Positions 35,464 to 49,700 of a stretch of DNA of 64,000 nucleotides are shown one piece after another (position 1 is the first letter of the stretch; each line of letters opens with the position of its first letter). Source of the DNA: Monocercomonoides exilis PA203 (Eukaryota; Protista; Preaxostyla); the NCBI GenBank assembly GCA_001643675.2, contig LSRY02000068.1, forward strand, positions 124,001 to 188,000. The letters run 5' to 3'. The notes under the pieces are model-generated. The model did no database searches. It was not told the DNA's origin and saw only the letters and a program-made list of their open reading frames with translations. The position numbers and the translations under genes are program-made.

Positions 35464-38400
35464 ATGGAGTTATCTGGGGTTCAGTTGGATGAATGGGAAA
35501 GATTTTTTCAAGAAATAAACATACTATTACCTCAGTTACGAGCACGAAGTTTAAAATCTTCAGTTATTTGGTATCATTTTTATTATTGATTTTTTGTAAT
35601 TTTTTTCATATTTGCTTCATAATCGCATTAATTTTGACGACAAGGGCATCACACATCCTTATAAATGTATCTCCAAAAATTCGAAGCGAAATGAAAATGA
35701 TGCAACCAATTGTCACAGAATTGAATCCTTCTCACGAATTTAGTCTTGCAAACCTGTATTTTGAATCTGGCGAATACACACAATGCTTTTCACTTCTAGA
35801 ACAACAAAAAAAACTTGTTGGGCTTCCAAGAGAAATGCAATTTTTGAGATTATATTCTTTATTTTTCGTTTGCTTTGTTTTTTTATGTGAATTGATGTTA
35901 AAACCAAGATAATTTTCAGATAGGAGAAAGGGAAAAGTATGCAGAATTTGCTTTAAGAAAAAGCACTGGCTTGGCCCAAAAAGATGAAATGATTAACAAA
36001 AGACTTTCTCAAGTTCTTTCGGAAATAGAAGCAATTGAATCATACGAAGATGATGCATTTTTAATATTCTTGTTTGTGAGCACTTAAAAATGAATGACAA
36101 TTTTCATTCTTAAATTTATATGCGCTCTTTTAGAAAAGCAAAAGTCCTCAAGGCGAGCAATCGTTTGACTGAGTGCATTCTGAATTATGCGAAGGTAATA
36201 AAAAGAATGCCCTGCTTTTGGGAGCCCTGGCGAGACCTTCTTTCACTTAGCGACTACCTTCACACATACTCTTTTAAGTATGTTGCAACACCTGATGGAA
36301 GGGCACGCACGTCTGTACCAAGTTTTTACAGTCTTATTACACATGTTGACCCTTCTGCATCGCCTATTGAAACGTTCAACAAAAACATGCTTTTTATGAA
36401 ATTACCGCTATCACATCCATGCGGCCTTCTGTTTTTGTCTCACTTGGCTGTCTTATCATCATCTCAACCACTTTTATACACACTTCCACCCAATTCATCT
36501 GCATCCACTTCGGCATCTTCATCTTCTTCATCATCTTCTTCAAAAGCACCAACACAATCACCTCTTTCAACACTTATTCCGATCGGTTTTGTACAACATC
36601 CCACTTCACAACCTACATTTTCACTTACACTTTCTGCACTTCGCCAATGCTATGCTGTTCTTCCCACATGCCCTGCCATCATTTCACTGATTATTCAACT
36701 CCATGCAGCTCACTCAAATCACAAACAAGTTCTTAAATGGGCAAAGCATCTTAGAGAGCTCCATCCAGGGGTCATTAACAGCGCAGATGTCATATCCGAT
36801 GCGCTGTTTGTGTATGGAGACAGCAACGGGCTCAGTGCTCTGGCGTCTGAGCTGTCTGTCGACCATATGTTTCATCCCTTCACTCACTATGTGCTTGGCA
36901 ATCTTCACTCACTTTGCGATCGGCCAGTTGAAGCTGTTGGGGAATTTCAGCTGGCTATCGAAAGTGTGGGATTTGGAGGAGCGACGATTTTGGGCACAGA
37001 GCAACTGAAGAGGTTGAAGGAAAAACTTGAGGCCTCCAAACCTCCACAAGCTTCTATTTCAGAATCGTCTTCATCATCGACATCATCATCATCATCATCA
37101 TCTTCTTCTTCTTCTCCTTCTCCTTCTTCATTATTCACTTCTTCACCTCCTTCTTTTGCTAATGTAACTTTCCCACTTCCATCGCCTGTAGCAGTCATTC
37201 AACAGAAGCGAGCTGCGGCAGCAATACCAACTTACATTTCAAATTCTCCTTCCTCCTTCATTTCCTTACTCAACATCTCAGGGATGCCCACAACCTGCCT
37301 CTCGTCAATGCTTCCCAGCAATTTTCATGCATTTTTCGACATGTACCCTTTCGGCACATCTGTTTTTGCTTCTTCCTGTCTTGTTCTGATGGGACACGAG
37401 CTGATCCAACTGGGACGAGCAGCTGAGGCGCTGGTTGCATACAGAATGGCTACGCAGATGTGGAAGTCGGATTATCGCTCGTGGTTCGGGCTGGGACAGG
37501 CACAGGAGCTTTTGGATATGGAAGAAGAATCAGAGGCATATTACGCAAGGGCGTGCCAACTGAAGTATGCATTTTGGATATTCAAATTTCATTTTTCTTT
37601 AAAATTGAATAAATTTGTGTCGATTTTTCATTTGATGGACACAACTCTCATATTATTTTTTGATTATTCCATTCTGTTAAATGAAATTACACTGAATGCA
37701 TTTCGAATGCTTTCAGACCAGAAGATCCGAGAATGTGGATGGCATTAGGGATCTGTCAAGAAAAGCGAAAGCGCATAAGTGCGGCTCTCACATCTTACAA
37801 AAAGGCAGAAAAGATGTTATCGTTTGACTTTGCTTGAACGAATTTTTATTTATTTATTTATTTAAATATTCAAACAGCACGCCTTCAGTGAAGCTTCCTG
37901 GAGAATTCTTCATCAAAGATGTCAAAGAACAGGACCCCATGCACCCAACACTCCCAATGTTTTCATCCACACTTTTGGCAACAGCCTTGCTTCCACTTCC
38001 ATCCTCTTCTTCCTCTCCTTTCGAGTTTCCATTCACTTCATCTTTCATTTCACCATTCACAGTTTCATTGTTAGCTGAACAACAAGACACAACACCGACA
38101 TCCGCAACTGATCCAAGTCAGCCTCCGCTTGTTGATTACAACGTTCTGTTGAGAAGAATGGTTAGACTGTTTCATTTGCTTGGCAATGAAAAAGAAGAAG
38201 CACATTGCCATGCAAAACTGATGATGGGGAAAACAAAAGTTTGTAACAGCACTTCTCAAAATTTTCGATTTTAAAAAATGATATTTTGAAAATAATCATT
38301 TTCTTTTTCTGACTTTTGCTGCTTTCTATTTTCTATCTCTTGCTTATCAAACATATAGCCAACAAATGATGAAGAAGCAGGCTCTTTCTTCTTTTTGGCT

Positions 38401-38687
38401 TTGTACTTTTTGAAGAAGAAGAAATTTGACGAAGCAGAGTCTCTTTTTTCCGCTATAATTGGGAGCAAAACATCGGTTTGACATTCCTTTGAATATATTT
38501 TTGAACATTTGTCATCATCTGGAATTTATCTACATTAAATTTTCTTATTTCAAAATGTTATCAATTTTTTTTATTAATTTGACTTATTGTTTTTTCAACA
38601 AAGTTCGATGATCGTGCTCAAGATATGCTTCGACATGCTCGCTCAGTGCGCAACACTCCATTTTTAAAACACAAGACATTGAAGTGA
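35464..38687 (+). CDS. CDC23: Anaphase-promoting complex subunit 8 (Cdc23), TPR protein
   Basis: LMGHELIQL..A.EAL.AYR.A...WKSDYRSWFGLGQAQELL matches the Cdc23 LMGHEY..DYRAWYGLGQ motif. Also YVLGNLHSL, LRELHP....ADVISDALFV, N-terminal LRARSLKSSVIW. Multiple introns; last exon ends with TGA at 38685-38687. Confidence 0.82.
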
Positions 38688-39110
38688 TTTCTAAGTTGAA
38701 ATTGATTATCTTTAATTCAACAATTATTTTTTGTTTTTTGTTTATTTGTTTGCTTTTTACTTTTGAAAATGAAAAAAATAAAAATTGAATTTTTAAAAAT
38801 GCATCAATTACTTTTCTTTAAAACTACGTTGAATTTACAAGATTTTTTTTAAAAACAAAAATTCATCGTTTGCTATTGCTCATTTGGATTTGCATAAACT
38901 ATTTATTCAGTTTATTTTTTCAATAAAATATCATCAAATATCCGTCAACGAACTTCTTTCTAAATTATTTTGAAAGTGTTGAAAAAGTAATTTATGTGAG
39001 AATAAAATGAAAGCAAGAAGTTTGTTTTGCTTATGCTGTTGACAAATTTCAAAAACTTGAAAAGTGAAAATTTAAGGCTTAACCAAAAAAAAAAAAAAAA
39101 AATTAATCAT

Positions 39111-39806
39111 TTAAACTACTTCTCCGCATTTGCTAACAATAACAGGCACTCTGGGCCTGTGATATCTAGTTGGAACTTTCTCTATTTCCTTCAAAATTTC
39201 GATTCCTTTCAAAACATGTCCAAAAACAACATGCCTGTCCTTGAGCCAAGGAGTTGGTCCAAGAGTGATAAAAAATTGTGAGCCATTTGCATCATTACCT
39301 TTTGAAAAGAACAAGAAAAGAAAAGAGTTTTTAGAAATATAAAGAGATTCTCTTTTATTCACTATCTAACCTGCATTCATCATTGCAATTGTTCCAATTC
39401 CTGAATATGGAATACTTCTGTTTTCATCAATAAAATGAAGACCATAGATGCTTTTCCCACCAAATCCATTCCCTTCCGTGATATCTCCACCCTGCAAAAA
39501 CAGTCCAGGAACAATTCTATGAATTGGACTTCCATTGTAGCCATAACCGAATGTATGGTTGCATAAAGCAACAAAATTTTTTACAGTTCTTGGGACAGCT
39601 TCTCCAAATAGACCAATTTCAATCCTTCCTATTAAATCAAACATCTTTATCTTTTTTAAATACTCAAAACAAATGAAACCTATTTTTTTCAAATCCATCT
39701 CAATATCAAAAAAGACTTTTTGAGTAATCTTATTACCATAGCTCTGGTCATCTTCACAGATAAAATATTTTACAATTACAGCAAAGAGAAGATGAAAACG
39801 GAACAT
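39111..39806 (-). CDS. Cyclophilin-type peptidyl-prolyl isomerase, secretory (cyclophilin B-like)
   Basis: KITQKVFFDI, GRIEIGLFGEAVPRTVKNF, HRIVPGLFLQGGD, GGKSIYG, AMMNAG, NGSQFFIT, WLKDRHVVFG; hydrophobic N-terminus; two introns. Confidence 0.93.
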
Positions 39807-39935
39807 TTATGAAAAATCATTCCCATAACAAAATGAGAATAAAACGAAAAATGCTCAACAAATATAAAGTTTGTGCCAAATATATAACTCAATCCAACAT
39901 AATAAATAAATGAAACGAAAAATATTTCGTTTCCT

Positions 39936-40681
39936 TTAATCTGCATCATCTTCCCCTGTGCAAAATATTTAATAAAATGATTTTCACTGCAAACAAAAAT
40001 GAAAAAAATTGTACAAACATGATTCTTCAACAACTTCTCGAACTTTTCTGTCATATTCTCTTTTATTTGATGAAAAGAGTCTGGCTGCTTCAGAGTTAGC
40101 AGGAGAAGCTGGATTAGGATCGGTCAGCAAAGACTGAAAACATTTAAAAAACAATATTTATGATTGAAAAACAAAAACTACGTCAAAGAAAAGAAAATTT
40201 ACAACATACTTGAATGGATGTCAAAATTGCTGTTACATCATAAATTGGGCTCCATTGCTTTTGAAGAATATCTAAGCAAATACTTCCATCCGTATAAACT
40301 GTTTATGAAATATAAAAACAATAAATAATATACAGTTATGTTATCAAATAAGATTAAACGTTGTAACTTTTTCAAACCATTCGGATGAAATATTTTTGTG
40401 ACAAATTTCACTAATGGTGGTTTGTTTGGATACTCATCAGTGAACTGCATTGTTAACTTGAAAGTTCCACCTTCCCAAGGGGTGTCATCTGGGCTATAAT
40501 TTTTTAAAAAACAAAATTTTGAACTCACAAATTAAGTTTGAAAAATTCATTCAAACCCAAAAATAATCGCGTTCCAAAACATCATATCATCTTCTTTTGG
40601 AGAACCAGTTATTCCAGCTGGAGGGCTCTGCGTGAGATTTTTCAAATCTCTCATCAAACGCCTTTGTGCAGCTGATGACAT
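39936..40681 (-). CDS. RAD6: Ubiquitin-conjugating enzyme E2, Rad6/UBC2 type
   Basis: Spliced product [14 protein letters not shown]...[67 protein letters not shown]; four introns. Confidence 0.93.
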
Positions 40682-41095
40682 TTCAATAAAAAGTCATAAT
40701 GGTATATTTAATCTGAATGTTATTTCGTCTTTCATTTCAAAATTCAGATAATGAAATGCTTTTGTGATTGTTCTTTATGCATCAATGAAAAATTGAGATT
40801 AACATTGACAGAGTTATTCGAATATTTGATCTGAATGGAATAGAATTTTTCAGAAAAATTTTGTGAATTTACAAGAAAAAAGTGAAAGAAATTCTTTTAC
40901 TAAACACAGTTAATGATTTAACTGATTGTATGCTTTTTCAAATACAGAGCGTTTCGAGTGGAAAGCGAAGCCTTTGCGTTGAAAGCGAAAGGTCGAATGA
41001 TAATTTTGATTTAAATGTGTGTATAAAAAACCACTGCAGTATCTCAGAATATATCTTTGTACAACTAATTTTAGGATAGAGCACCTACTAATTCT

Positions 41096-43558
41096 TTGTC
41101 ATTTGCTTCATCAGCACCTTTTTCTATCCGTTCGACTGTTCATGATTCTTCAAAAGATGAAAATATGTTATTTTACCCTAGAACACAAAAGAGAGTGTTT
41201 GATCAATTTTTTGCTAATCATTGTTCGAATGAAGATGCAGGACTCACACAAACAAAAACTTCTTCAAATGAAAAAGAATTCACTAAAAAATTTGCATTTC
41301 CGATTCAAAAGGACAAATGCTTTCAAGCAAAATTTCAACGAAATCAAGGAATGCATAACGACAATCACTCAAACGGTCGACAAGATTTTGAAAAACAGTC
41401 GAACTCTTTCGAAGATAAGTCCAACACAACATGCAAATCTGATTTATCAAAAGTTATTCTATCAAAAAAGAACTATATAAAACCAACCGAACTATATACC
41501 CCATTCCATTTGCTATTGGAAATACAGCAGCTGTATTTTTCCAACAAAGAAAATACAAACAGTTCCCAGGAAAAACCAAAAGCGACAATAAAAGGAGATG
41601 AATCACTTCAACTGACTGAGCAAGATTTTCATCAAATTTCCGGCAAACCTTTTGAAGACAAAATATTTGTTTCAGATGAACTCACGCAAACTGATCCGCT
41701 GATTGAGGGCAGCATAAAGAAATGGGGCATTGGAAACATTCAAAAGCAGAAGCTGTTGAATGACATGGATGTGGTTGTGAATGGGAAGAAGCAATCGAAC
41801 ATAATTGAAATGAAACGGTGCTCGATGATGAAGAAGTGGGAGGATGAAGACAAGAAGCTCATGTTAAAAAGATCGTGTGGAGATGAGATTTGTGAAGAAT
41901 GGAATGAAAAAGAGAAAGAAAAAGAGAAAGAAAAAGAGAAAGAAAAAGAGAAAGTTGAAGGATGTGATAGCGAATTCTTTGAAACAAAAGGCGAAAGCAC
42001 GAAGATGTCAACCAAGCGACATGAGCTTATTGCAAAGCAGATAAAAGAAGCAAAAAGATTTTGGAAGATTTTTGGGATTTGGGTGAGGAAGAGTTGGATT
42101 AAAGATGATGCAGAAGCAGCAATGTGGGAAGAGGCAGAAAGGAAGATGAAGAAGAAGAAAGAGGAAGCAGGTGAAGAAGCAAGTGAAGAAGCAGATGAAG
42201 GAGAAGGAAAAGAAGCTAGTCAATTTGGAGGAGGGGACGAGCTATTAACATTGGAGGAACTGAAATATAAGATATCGTTGTTGAAGGAAGAAGGAGGAGA
42301 TGAATGCAAAGCAGAAGAAGAAATAAAAGCACTGCAATTGAAGGCAGCGATGATAGAGAAGATGAAAGAGAAGCAGGAGAAGAGGAATCAGATGAGTGCG
42401 TTTGAGTATTATTGGCTGAAGTCGCAGAAGGAAGCGAGGAGACAGCTGAAAGAAAGAGAAAGAGCAGAAGAAAAGAAAAGGAACTTTGAATTCAAAACAG
42501 CAAAAAAGTTCAGTCAACTCTTAGAAAAGTCTGATTTTGAATGTATCGAACAACAAACACAAAAAGAAGGGGAAGAAAGAGAAGAAGAAAGAGAGAAGGA
42601 TGTTTATTCGAGACAAAACAAGAAGCAAAATGAATTATGTTTTAGTGCAACTTGTTCAAATGAAACTACAGCTGAATTAAAATCCTCAATGCATCCATCA
42701 TTTTTAACACAACCAGCTTCTTCTTTTGCTTTTCTTGTTCCAGTTCATTCATGTTCTCAGCCAACACAAACATTATCAGCTTCTGTCAATGCACGAATGG
42801 TACCTGCTGCTTATATGCAACCTTCACCTTTACGTCAAAATGAAACATCGATTAATTGTATTAATAAGTCAAAACACGCATTTTTACCTACAACACGTAG
42901 AGTCTCTCTGCTTCAGAATTGGAATCAGCCATTCAGTTGCACTCAGATACAAGAGGTACAGCAGGCACAACCACGTATTCAACAGTGTGTTAATTCTTCA
43001 TTGAAATACAGTTCAAATGCAATGCCATTTGCATCATATAATCCTATGAAATGTTGTGATACCTCTTTCATGCAGAAATTATCTGTTCTCAATAAACATG
43101 CAGCATCTTCAGTTCTTTCTGCTGTTTTTCCTTCTTCCATTGAATTCGAGTCCCCCATTTTTGCTCTTTTGCCTGCCTCTTCTGTGTCTGTGCCGCTCAG
43201 CAGGCAGCACATTGTGCTTGATTCTGAGGAATGGCTGAGCAGATTCACAGACCCCGACTTTAGCTCAAAGACAAAGACAAAGCTGATAAGGAGAGGGTTG
43301 GATGTGGAAGATTATATCCAGAAAAAAGCACAGTTGCTGAGCAGCGTCAAACAAGAACGAATTGTCATTGCGTCTTTTTTCTTTTTGGCTCCAGTACGCA
43401 CTCTGCCTTCGTCGTTGCTTTTCCCTTTACGCGATAGCTTATTGAAGAAATCAGAAAGGAAAATGAAATTTCGCAATTTTCTACAGGCTCAAAAAATGAA
43501 GCTTACAAAGAAAGGAGAGAATTTAGGGAAACGTTCAAATTCATTTGTAATGCTTTGA
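41096..43558 (+). CDS. Hypothetical protein (main exon; true start lies in upstream exon(s))
   Basis: 820-codon open frame whose track start is not an ATG; AG acceptor near 41074 and a probable small exon at about 40948-41016. No family recognised. Confidence 0.65.
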   Translation: MSFASSAPFSIRSTVHDSSKDENMLFYPRTQKRVFDQFFANHCSNEDAGLTQTKTSSNEKEFTKKFAFPIQKDKCFQAKFQRNQGMHNDNHSNGRQDFEKQSNSFEDKSNTTCKSDLSKVILSKKNYIKPTELYTPFHLLLEIQQLYFSNKENTNSSQEKPKATIKGDESLQLTEQDFHQISGKPFEDKIFVSDELTQTDPLIEGSIKKWGIGNIQKQKLLNDMDVVVNGKKQSNIIEMKRCSMMKKWEDEDKKLMLKRSCGDEICEEWNEKEKEKEKEKEKEKEKVEGCDSEFFETKGESTKMSTKRHELIAKQIKEAKRFWKIFGIWVRKSWIKDDAEAAMWEEAERKMKKKKEEAGEEASEEADEGEGKEASQFGGGDELLTLEELKYKISLLKEEGGDECKAEEEIKALQLKAAMIEKMKEKQEKRNQMSAFEYYWLKSQKEARRQLKERERAEEKKRNFEFKTAKKFSQLLEKSDFECIEQQTQKEGEEREEEREKDVYSRQNKKQNELCFSATCSNETTAELKSSMHPSFLTQPASSFAFLVPVHSCSQPTQTLSASVNARMVPAAYMQPSPLRQNETSINCINKSKHAFLPTTRRVSLLQNWNQPFSCTQIQEVQQAQPRIQQCVNSSLKYSSNAMPFASYNPMKCCDTSFMQKLSVLNKHAASSVLSAVFPSSIEFESPIFALLPASSVSVPLSRQHIVLDSEEWLSRFTDPDFSSKTKTKLIRRGLDVEDYIQKKAQLLSSVKQERIVIASFFFLAPVRTLPSSLLFPLRDSLLKKSERKMKFRNFLQAQKMKLTKKGENLGKRSNSFVML

Positions 43559-43791
43559 GGAAAAGTACAGATATTACCATATAAAGAAAAACCTTTGTTT
43601 TATTTCATTTTTTTTTTAACAAATTTAAAAACAAAAGAAATTTAGGTTTCACATAGTGATTGTTATGTTATATCAAATTGACTTTATCCAAATAAATGCG
43701 AAAGTCCGTTGTATTCCAATAAGTTTTTTTCTTTTTCATTGAATTAATGAAGATCAGTAATTGATCTAATAGATCATTGAAAAACTGCTGA

Positions 43792-46700
43792 ATGGCATCC
43801 GCCATTCCCGACGCTGCATCCATTTTTTCAAATGGGGGCATCGATGGGATATCAACAATGAAATTTAATCCCGTTGACCAAATGTTTGAACTTGCTATAA
43901 TCAAAGAGAGAGATTGATCATATTTTATTTTTTTATTTAACCATCTTCTAGATTTTTTACGTGGATGTACGGAATATCAAAGGTGTGAAAAATCATTATC
44001 TATAATATTTCGTAAAAATATTTTATTTTTGTTCTTCAATTCCTATTTATAAATGATTTATTTTATCCTGCAATACAAAAAAAATTATTACGCTATTTTG
44101 ATAAGATGCGAGATACCAATTTTATATTCGAGTGGTTCACTATAATTTACTCGTTTATCCTTGTGCTTGGGGTATTTTTTCAGAATATTATTTGGCCAGT
44201 TTCAGAACCCGATCAATTAAATGAAATTGCAAGTTACGTAACCATATGGGGAGTAATTAAAGGAAGTCCTTGGCACACATATATATCATTTAGCGTTGCA
44301 TTTTTAGCAGTTGTTTTTATGTATTCTGTTTCAATTGTGCTTGCGTATTACACTTCACATAAAAAGCCAATGAATGCATCTATCAGATCTTCACTTCGAT
44401 ACTGCGTACTAACCCTGGGACAGGTTGTTTATGTGCAAGTATTAACTGTTCTCACTTCACCACTTATGTGCAAGTCCGATAATACTTTGTACAATTTCCC
44501 AGATATCCAGTGCTTTGGAGGATATCATTCGATTGCATTTGTATTTTCTCTTTTGGGAGCTTTGGGTTTTGTGTTTCATAGTTTATCACTTAGCGGATTC
44601 GCATTTTCGGCTGTTATGAAGCACAAAGGCTCTTTTGCACTTTCTTCTGGAACATTTCCATTTCTTCTCCATCTCCTAATCAGCATCCTGGCAATCATTT
44701 CATCTTCATTGCCAGACAAACATCTCCTGCAAGCCATCCTCGGCTTTGTGGGCTTTTTCTTATTGACGCTAATATGCCTCTTCAAACAGCCTTTCTACAC
44801 AACCGTTGGAAACTGCACGTTCAGCGTATATTGCGCTGTTTGCGCTTCAGTTGGGCTGTTTGCGATGATAGCTGCCTTGAACAGCGACCCAACCACCCCC
44901 ACTTCATCTCTGGAGTTGGCATCGCCGTATTCTTCCACTATTTCTACCGGCGGCTCACGAGCAGGCTTTTGGGTGGGCTTTTTTGTTACATCGATTGGGA
45001 GCGGTGTGCTGGCTGGGTGGAGTGCGAGGAAGATTGCACGGAGCAGATGGGCGATTGACGAGAACATGGACATTCCGATTGTGGGGAAGAAGAAGAAGCA
45101 CCACATCTACCCGAACGGCGCAGGGAACAACGAGGTGTTTGGCGCTGTTGAGCTGTCGAAGAAGCGGAGCGGGCTGTTTGAGACGCGGAATTCGTATGGA
45201 TCAGGCTCCCACCACAACACTTCTCCCAATCACAACAATGAATCTTACAGACAGTCAATTGCATCTTCACACTCACACACTCCTACACTTGGACCAGGTC
45301 TCAACACTTCACCTGAATCTCATTCACACGCACACACACAGTCTCCAAATATCCCCTCTTTGACCTCCACTCCTGCCTCCCTCCTCTTCGGCACTCCCAT
45401 TCCATCTCCTTCACCTTCTCCATCTTCCTCTCCTATGCCATTCACAATGCATTCTCCTTCTTCTTTGTCTTCTTCCACCCCACAGCACGAGCCGCGCTAT
45501 CTGAAGAAGTTCTCCTCTCCCTCAGACATCGAGCCAGCCACGCGCTTTCTTCACGTGCAGGCCATCAGACACAACGACGACTGTGTGGCGTTTGTGGACG
45601 ATCTCTACACATTCTACGAAAGGCAGTTCCCAACCGACCCTTCTCTCCCTCTGCGTCACGCCCTCTTCTGCCGCTCATTCACACACAACAACACGAAAGC
45701 GCTGGAGCTGATCAAAAGATCGGGGATGCTCTTCCCCTTTCTGATGGACAAGTGGCTCATCTTCTCTCAAAGCGGCGAGGTACAGCAGCTGCTGACAGAC
45801 GAAGGGAATGGGCAAGCGCTCCTTTTGGAAGGAGAGGAAGGGTTTCAGCACACACTGGAGCAGGCGAAGTTGGAGTATGACAAAGCAATGGCGTCGATCA
45901 TCCACATGTGGCGACAGCTGACGAAGGCGTCGTCGCCGTCGATGGTGGATGTGGAGAAGATTCACATATATGCAGTGATGGGGGTGAGGCACGCCCAGCG
46001 CTGTCAGCAGATTCTGGTGAAGACGCTTGTGAACCACCTGGACTCTTCTTTGGTGATGAGACTGTTTGGCAATCTGCTGCAGAATGTGTTCAGAGACACG
46101 GAGGCTGCCCAGCTGCTGTTCGAAGAGGCAGACATTGTGGAAGAGAACGCTGCAGCGATTGCAGCTGCGAGGAGTGCAGAGGAGAGAAGAGGAAACGAAT
46201 CGGATGAAGAAATACTGAGAAGAGAGATTGAGATGGAGAAGGAGCGGAAGCGGTGGATGAAGGAAAGAGAGAGAGAGAAAAGAAAGAAGGCCATGAATGA
46301 AGGAGGAACAGGACATTCACTGACAAAAGAAGAAGAGGAAGAAGAAGAGCGCAAATGGCTTGCCAAAAAGCGACTGTCTCGTTCAAAGGGCACTCGCTCC
46401 ACACTCCGGCTGATGGCACTGGGTCCAAAAACGAAGAGGAAAAGTGAGGAAGACGGGAACAAAAGCGGAGAAGGCACAAAACGGAGCAGGGCGTCAGGCA
46501 ACATGAGCCGCAAGCAGAGTCAGCTTTACTCGAGAAGAGACTCAGAAGCGCTGTCAGCACAGAACAGCATGTTTGACATGAGCTCAATCACAAAACGATC
46601 GCTTGGTGCGACAAGCAGAAGGAACAGCACCGATCTGATGGGGACGAAGAATGCGAAGGAAGTGGCAGGGCTTATTGGCTTCACGTTCAGCGAAGACGAA

Positions 46701-49700
46701 GATGAAGACACGTCAAACAACAACAGCCTCAACAACTCAACCCGAATGCCTGGGTCGGGTGCGACTCCAAACACAAACAGGGTTCTGACTGGTAACAAGG
46801 CTGGTTCGCCGGAGAAGGAGAAGCTTGCACCTATTCAGCGCATGTCATCGTTTGGGTCGTATATGGGCCTGTCTCTGATGCTGCCCAGCCAAAAAGACCC
46901 CTTCAGAGAAGAAGAGACAGACAGATGGTTTGGAGGAGATGGCATTGATGATGAGTCAGACTATGCAGACGAGGATGATGGCGGCAACAAAGACAAGAAT
47001 GGAGCAAATGAAAAGGAAAAGAAGACAAGAAGGCAGAAAAGTGCTGAGATGCTCTTGCGTTCGGTGAAATCCTTAAGAAATGTGAAGAAGCCCACATTTT
47101 ACAGAGTGATGATTGGGATTCTGATTGTGGTGACAGTTGTGATGCTGTCGATTGGCTTCACACTGGCGATGGTGTTGGGGAAGAACACACAGCACTCACT
47201 CAACAACATCAACGACATCGGCTTCTTGGCATTCTACGCGAACTCTCTTTCGATAGCAGCACATGACTACTACGAATACATCCTGAATCCTCTGATAGAC
47301 AACAGCACAGCCTACATCCAGACACTCGACCAGGTCAAGCAGCACATGAAGGTCGCATCATCGTCCATCAACTACTATCTGAAGATGGCATACGATGAAA
47401 CTCCTCTGCAATTTGATATGTGGTCGAAGAACATGTTTGTCGAGTTCTATCCGATTGAGCACGACAATTCGAGACACATCCACGTCTTCCAGAGGCGGAT
47501 GGGGCTGCTTGATATGCTGGGGAGGATGGCAGACTGTGGGCACACGGTGCATGATTCAGAGATTGTGTCGATGAGCGATGTGCATGAGGAGATTACGCTG
47601 CTCATGCTGAATGCGCCAGTCGCTGCGACTGAGGCGATTAAGCATATGCTGCTGGCAGTTGTGCAGGACGGGACGAAAGGGAACATTGCAGTGTTTATTG
47701 TAGCGATTGTGTTGTGCACGTTGGATGTTGTGGTGTGTGTGGTGATTGTGATTGTCGCCATCATCAACATCGCCCGGAAGGTGCGCCGGCTGAGAGAGGA
47801 GAACATGTTCCAGCTGTGCAGCCTGCCACATGAAAGAGCGATGAAGTTGCTGGATGTGATGGAAGATGCGAAGCAGAAGGAAGATGGGATGGCTGAGGAA
47901 GTGGAGAAGGAAGTGCTGCAACAGGAGAAAGAGGAGATGGAGAAGATCTTAGACACCATCAAGAAGAAGAAGCAGAAAGAAGAGCAGGAACAAGAGGAAG
48001 CACAGAAGAACAGCAAGCAAGACACAGCACCTGAGCAGAACAAAGAAGACTCCTCAGACAGAGCGAAGCCTGAGGATGACGCCAAGCCGATGCTATTCTC
48101 AGCCCATTCAACTGTTTACACAGCCACCTCGAACAACTCACCTGATTCTTTGCACACGTCTCACTCATCAAGCTCGGGGATTGCATCCACCACAGCCTCT
48201 GCTTCAGGCATCGGCAGCGGCAACTCCACAAACACGGGTGCTTTGTCACCAGCCTCATTGCCACAGTCATCTTCCTCGCCAAACATCTTCGGATCGCTCA
48301 AGTCAGTCATCATGTCTCCACTCAACGTGCCTACCCCGCCAGCCCCAGCTGCATCTGCCTCGTCTGTTCAGAACGGGCAGACAAGCTCCATCTCACTCAA
48401 TCTCAACGACATCTCTGAAATCACCAGTGCTCGTTATCCTCCTCCTGTGGCATCGATCCCTCCTCCCTCATACTCTCCTTCAACACACCCAGTCATCCTT
48501 CCTCCGCGTCTGGCCTCGTTTTCGTCGGGAAGTGTGGTGATCTCCACGCCTGGCACGTCTGTCTCAGACAACCTGATATCTTTGCAGTCGATGACGATTG
48601 TGATGGCAGACGGAACTGTTCAGCCGCTGCTGATTTCTCCTTCCGAAGTGGAAAACTTTGCGATGATGAATGCACAACAGAGGCAGCTGGTCATCCAGCA
48701 GCAACAGCTCTCATTGGGTATCCAACACGAACAGCAGGCAGCGCAGTTCCAGCAGCTGCCACCTGCACAACAACAGGCCATTCAACTGCAGCTGACTCAG
48801 CAGATGCAGATGGACCAGATGCAGCTGAACCAGCTCGCTCGGCTGCATTCCATTCTTCTCATGCAACAGCAGACACAACAACAAAATCAACAACAGAATC
48901 AACAACAGAATCAACAGGGCCAACAACAACAGACGCAACAGAATGAGCAGCAGAATCAACAGCAACAACAGCAGGGACAAAACTCTAATCTGCCCTTTCA
49001 ATCGTCGTTTTCGTCAGTCCATCCGTCTTCCTTTGCAACCAGTCTGATGTGGGGCCAGCAGCAGAACATTCCCTCTGCCAGTGGAGGCGCCTTTTGGGGA
49101 GCTCTGCAGGACGAGAAGCCAAACTATGATATCGAAGTGATGCTGCCGGAGTCACTCACAATGCAGCCAACGGAGATGGTTCCTGCGTCTGACGGGAAAG
49201 GCAAAAAAGAGCAGAGCGCGGCAGATGCAGAAGAGGAGATGAACAAGAAGAAGAGAGAAGAAGAGGAAAGGATGGAGGATCTGATTGTGCTGCGGGGGAA
49301 GTGCGAGCACATGAACAACTTCATCCCGTCGCACTTTATGTTCTGTGCTACTTTGGGTGTGACACTTGCAGCCATCGCCACACTTGTGGTGGTTGTGAAC
49401 TTTATGATTCTGACGACATCTCTCAGAGGATACTCAGACCTCGCCCTGTTTGCCACCATCCGCTCTTCTTTGTTCCTGCAGATCGGCTTCTTGAGCCAGA
49501 TGCTCGTCTATTTGGATGCTCCTGAGCTGACCTTGAGCGCTTCAGCCAGTTCGAATGAGCTTTCTTTCAATGATTCTTCATTGCTGCCATCTTCATTTCA
49601 AATGAGCCTCAATGATTCAAGTGATATTCATTCTCTTCCTCTCACTTCAGATAATTCTACAACACTTCAACAAAACATTTCATTGGCTGTATCTGACACT

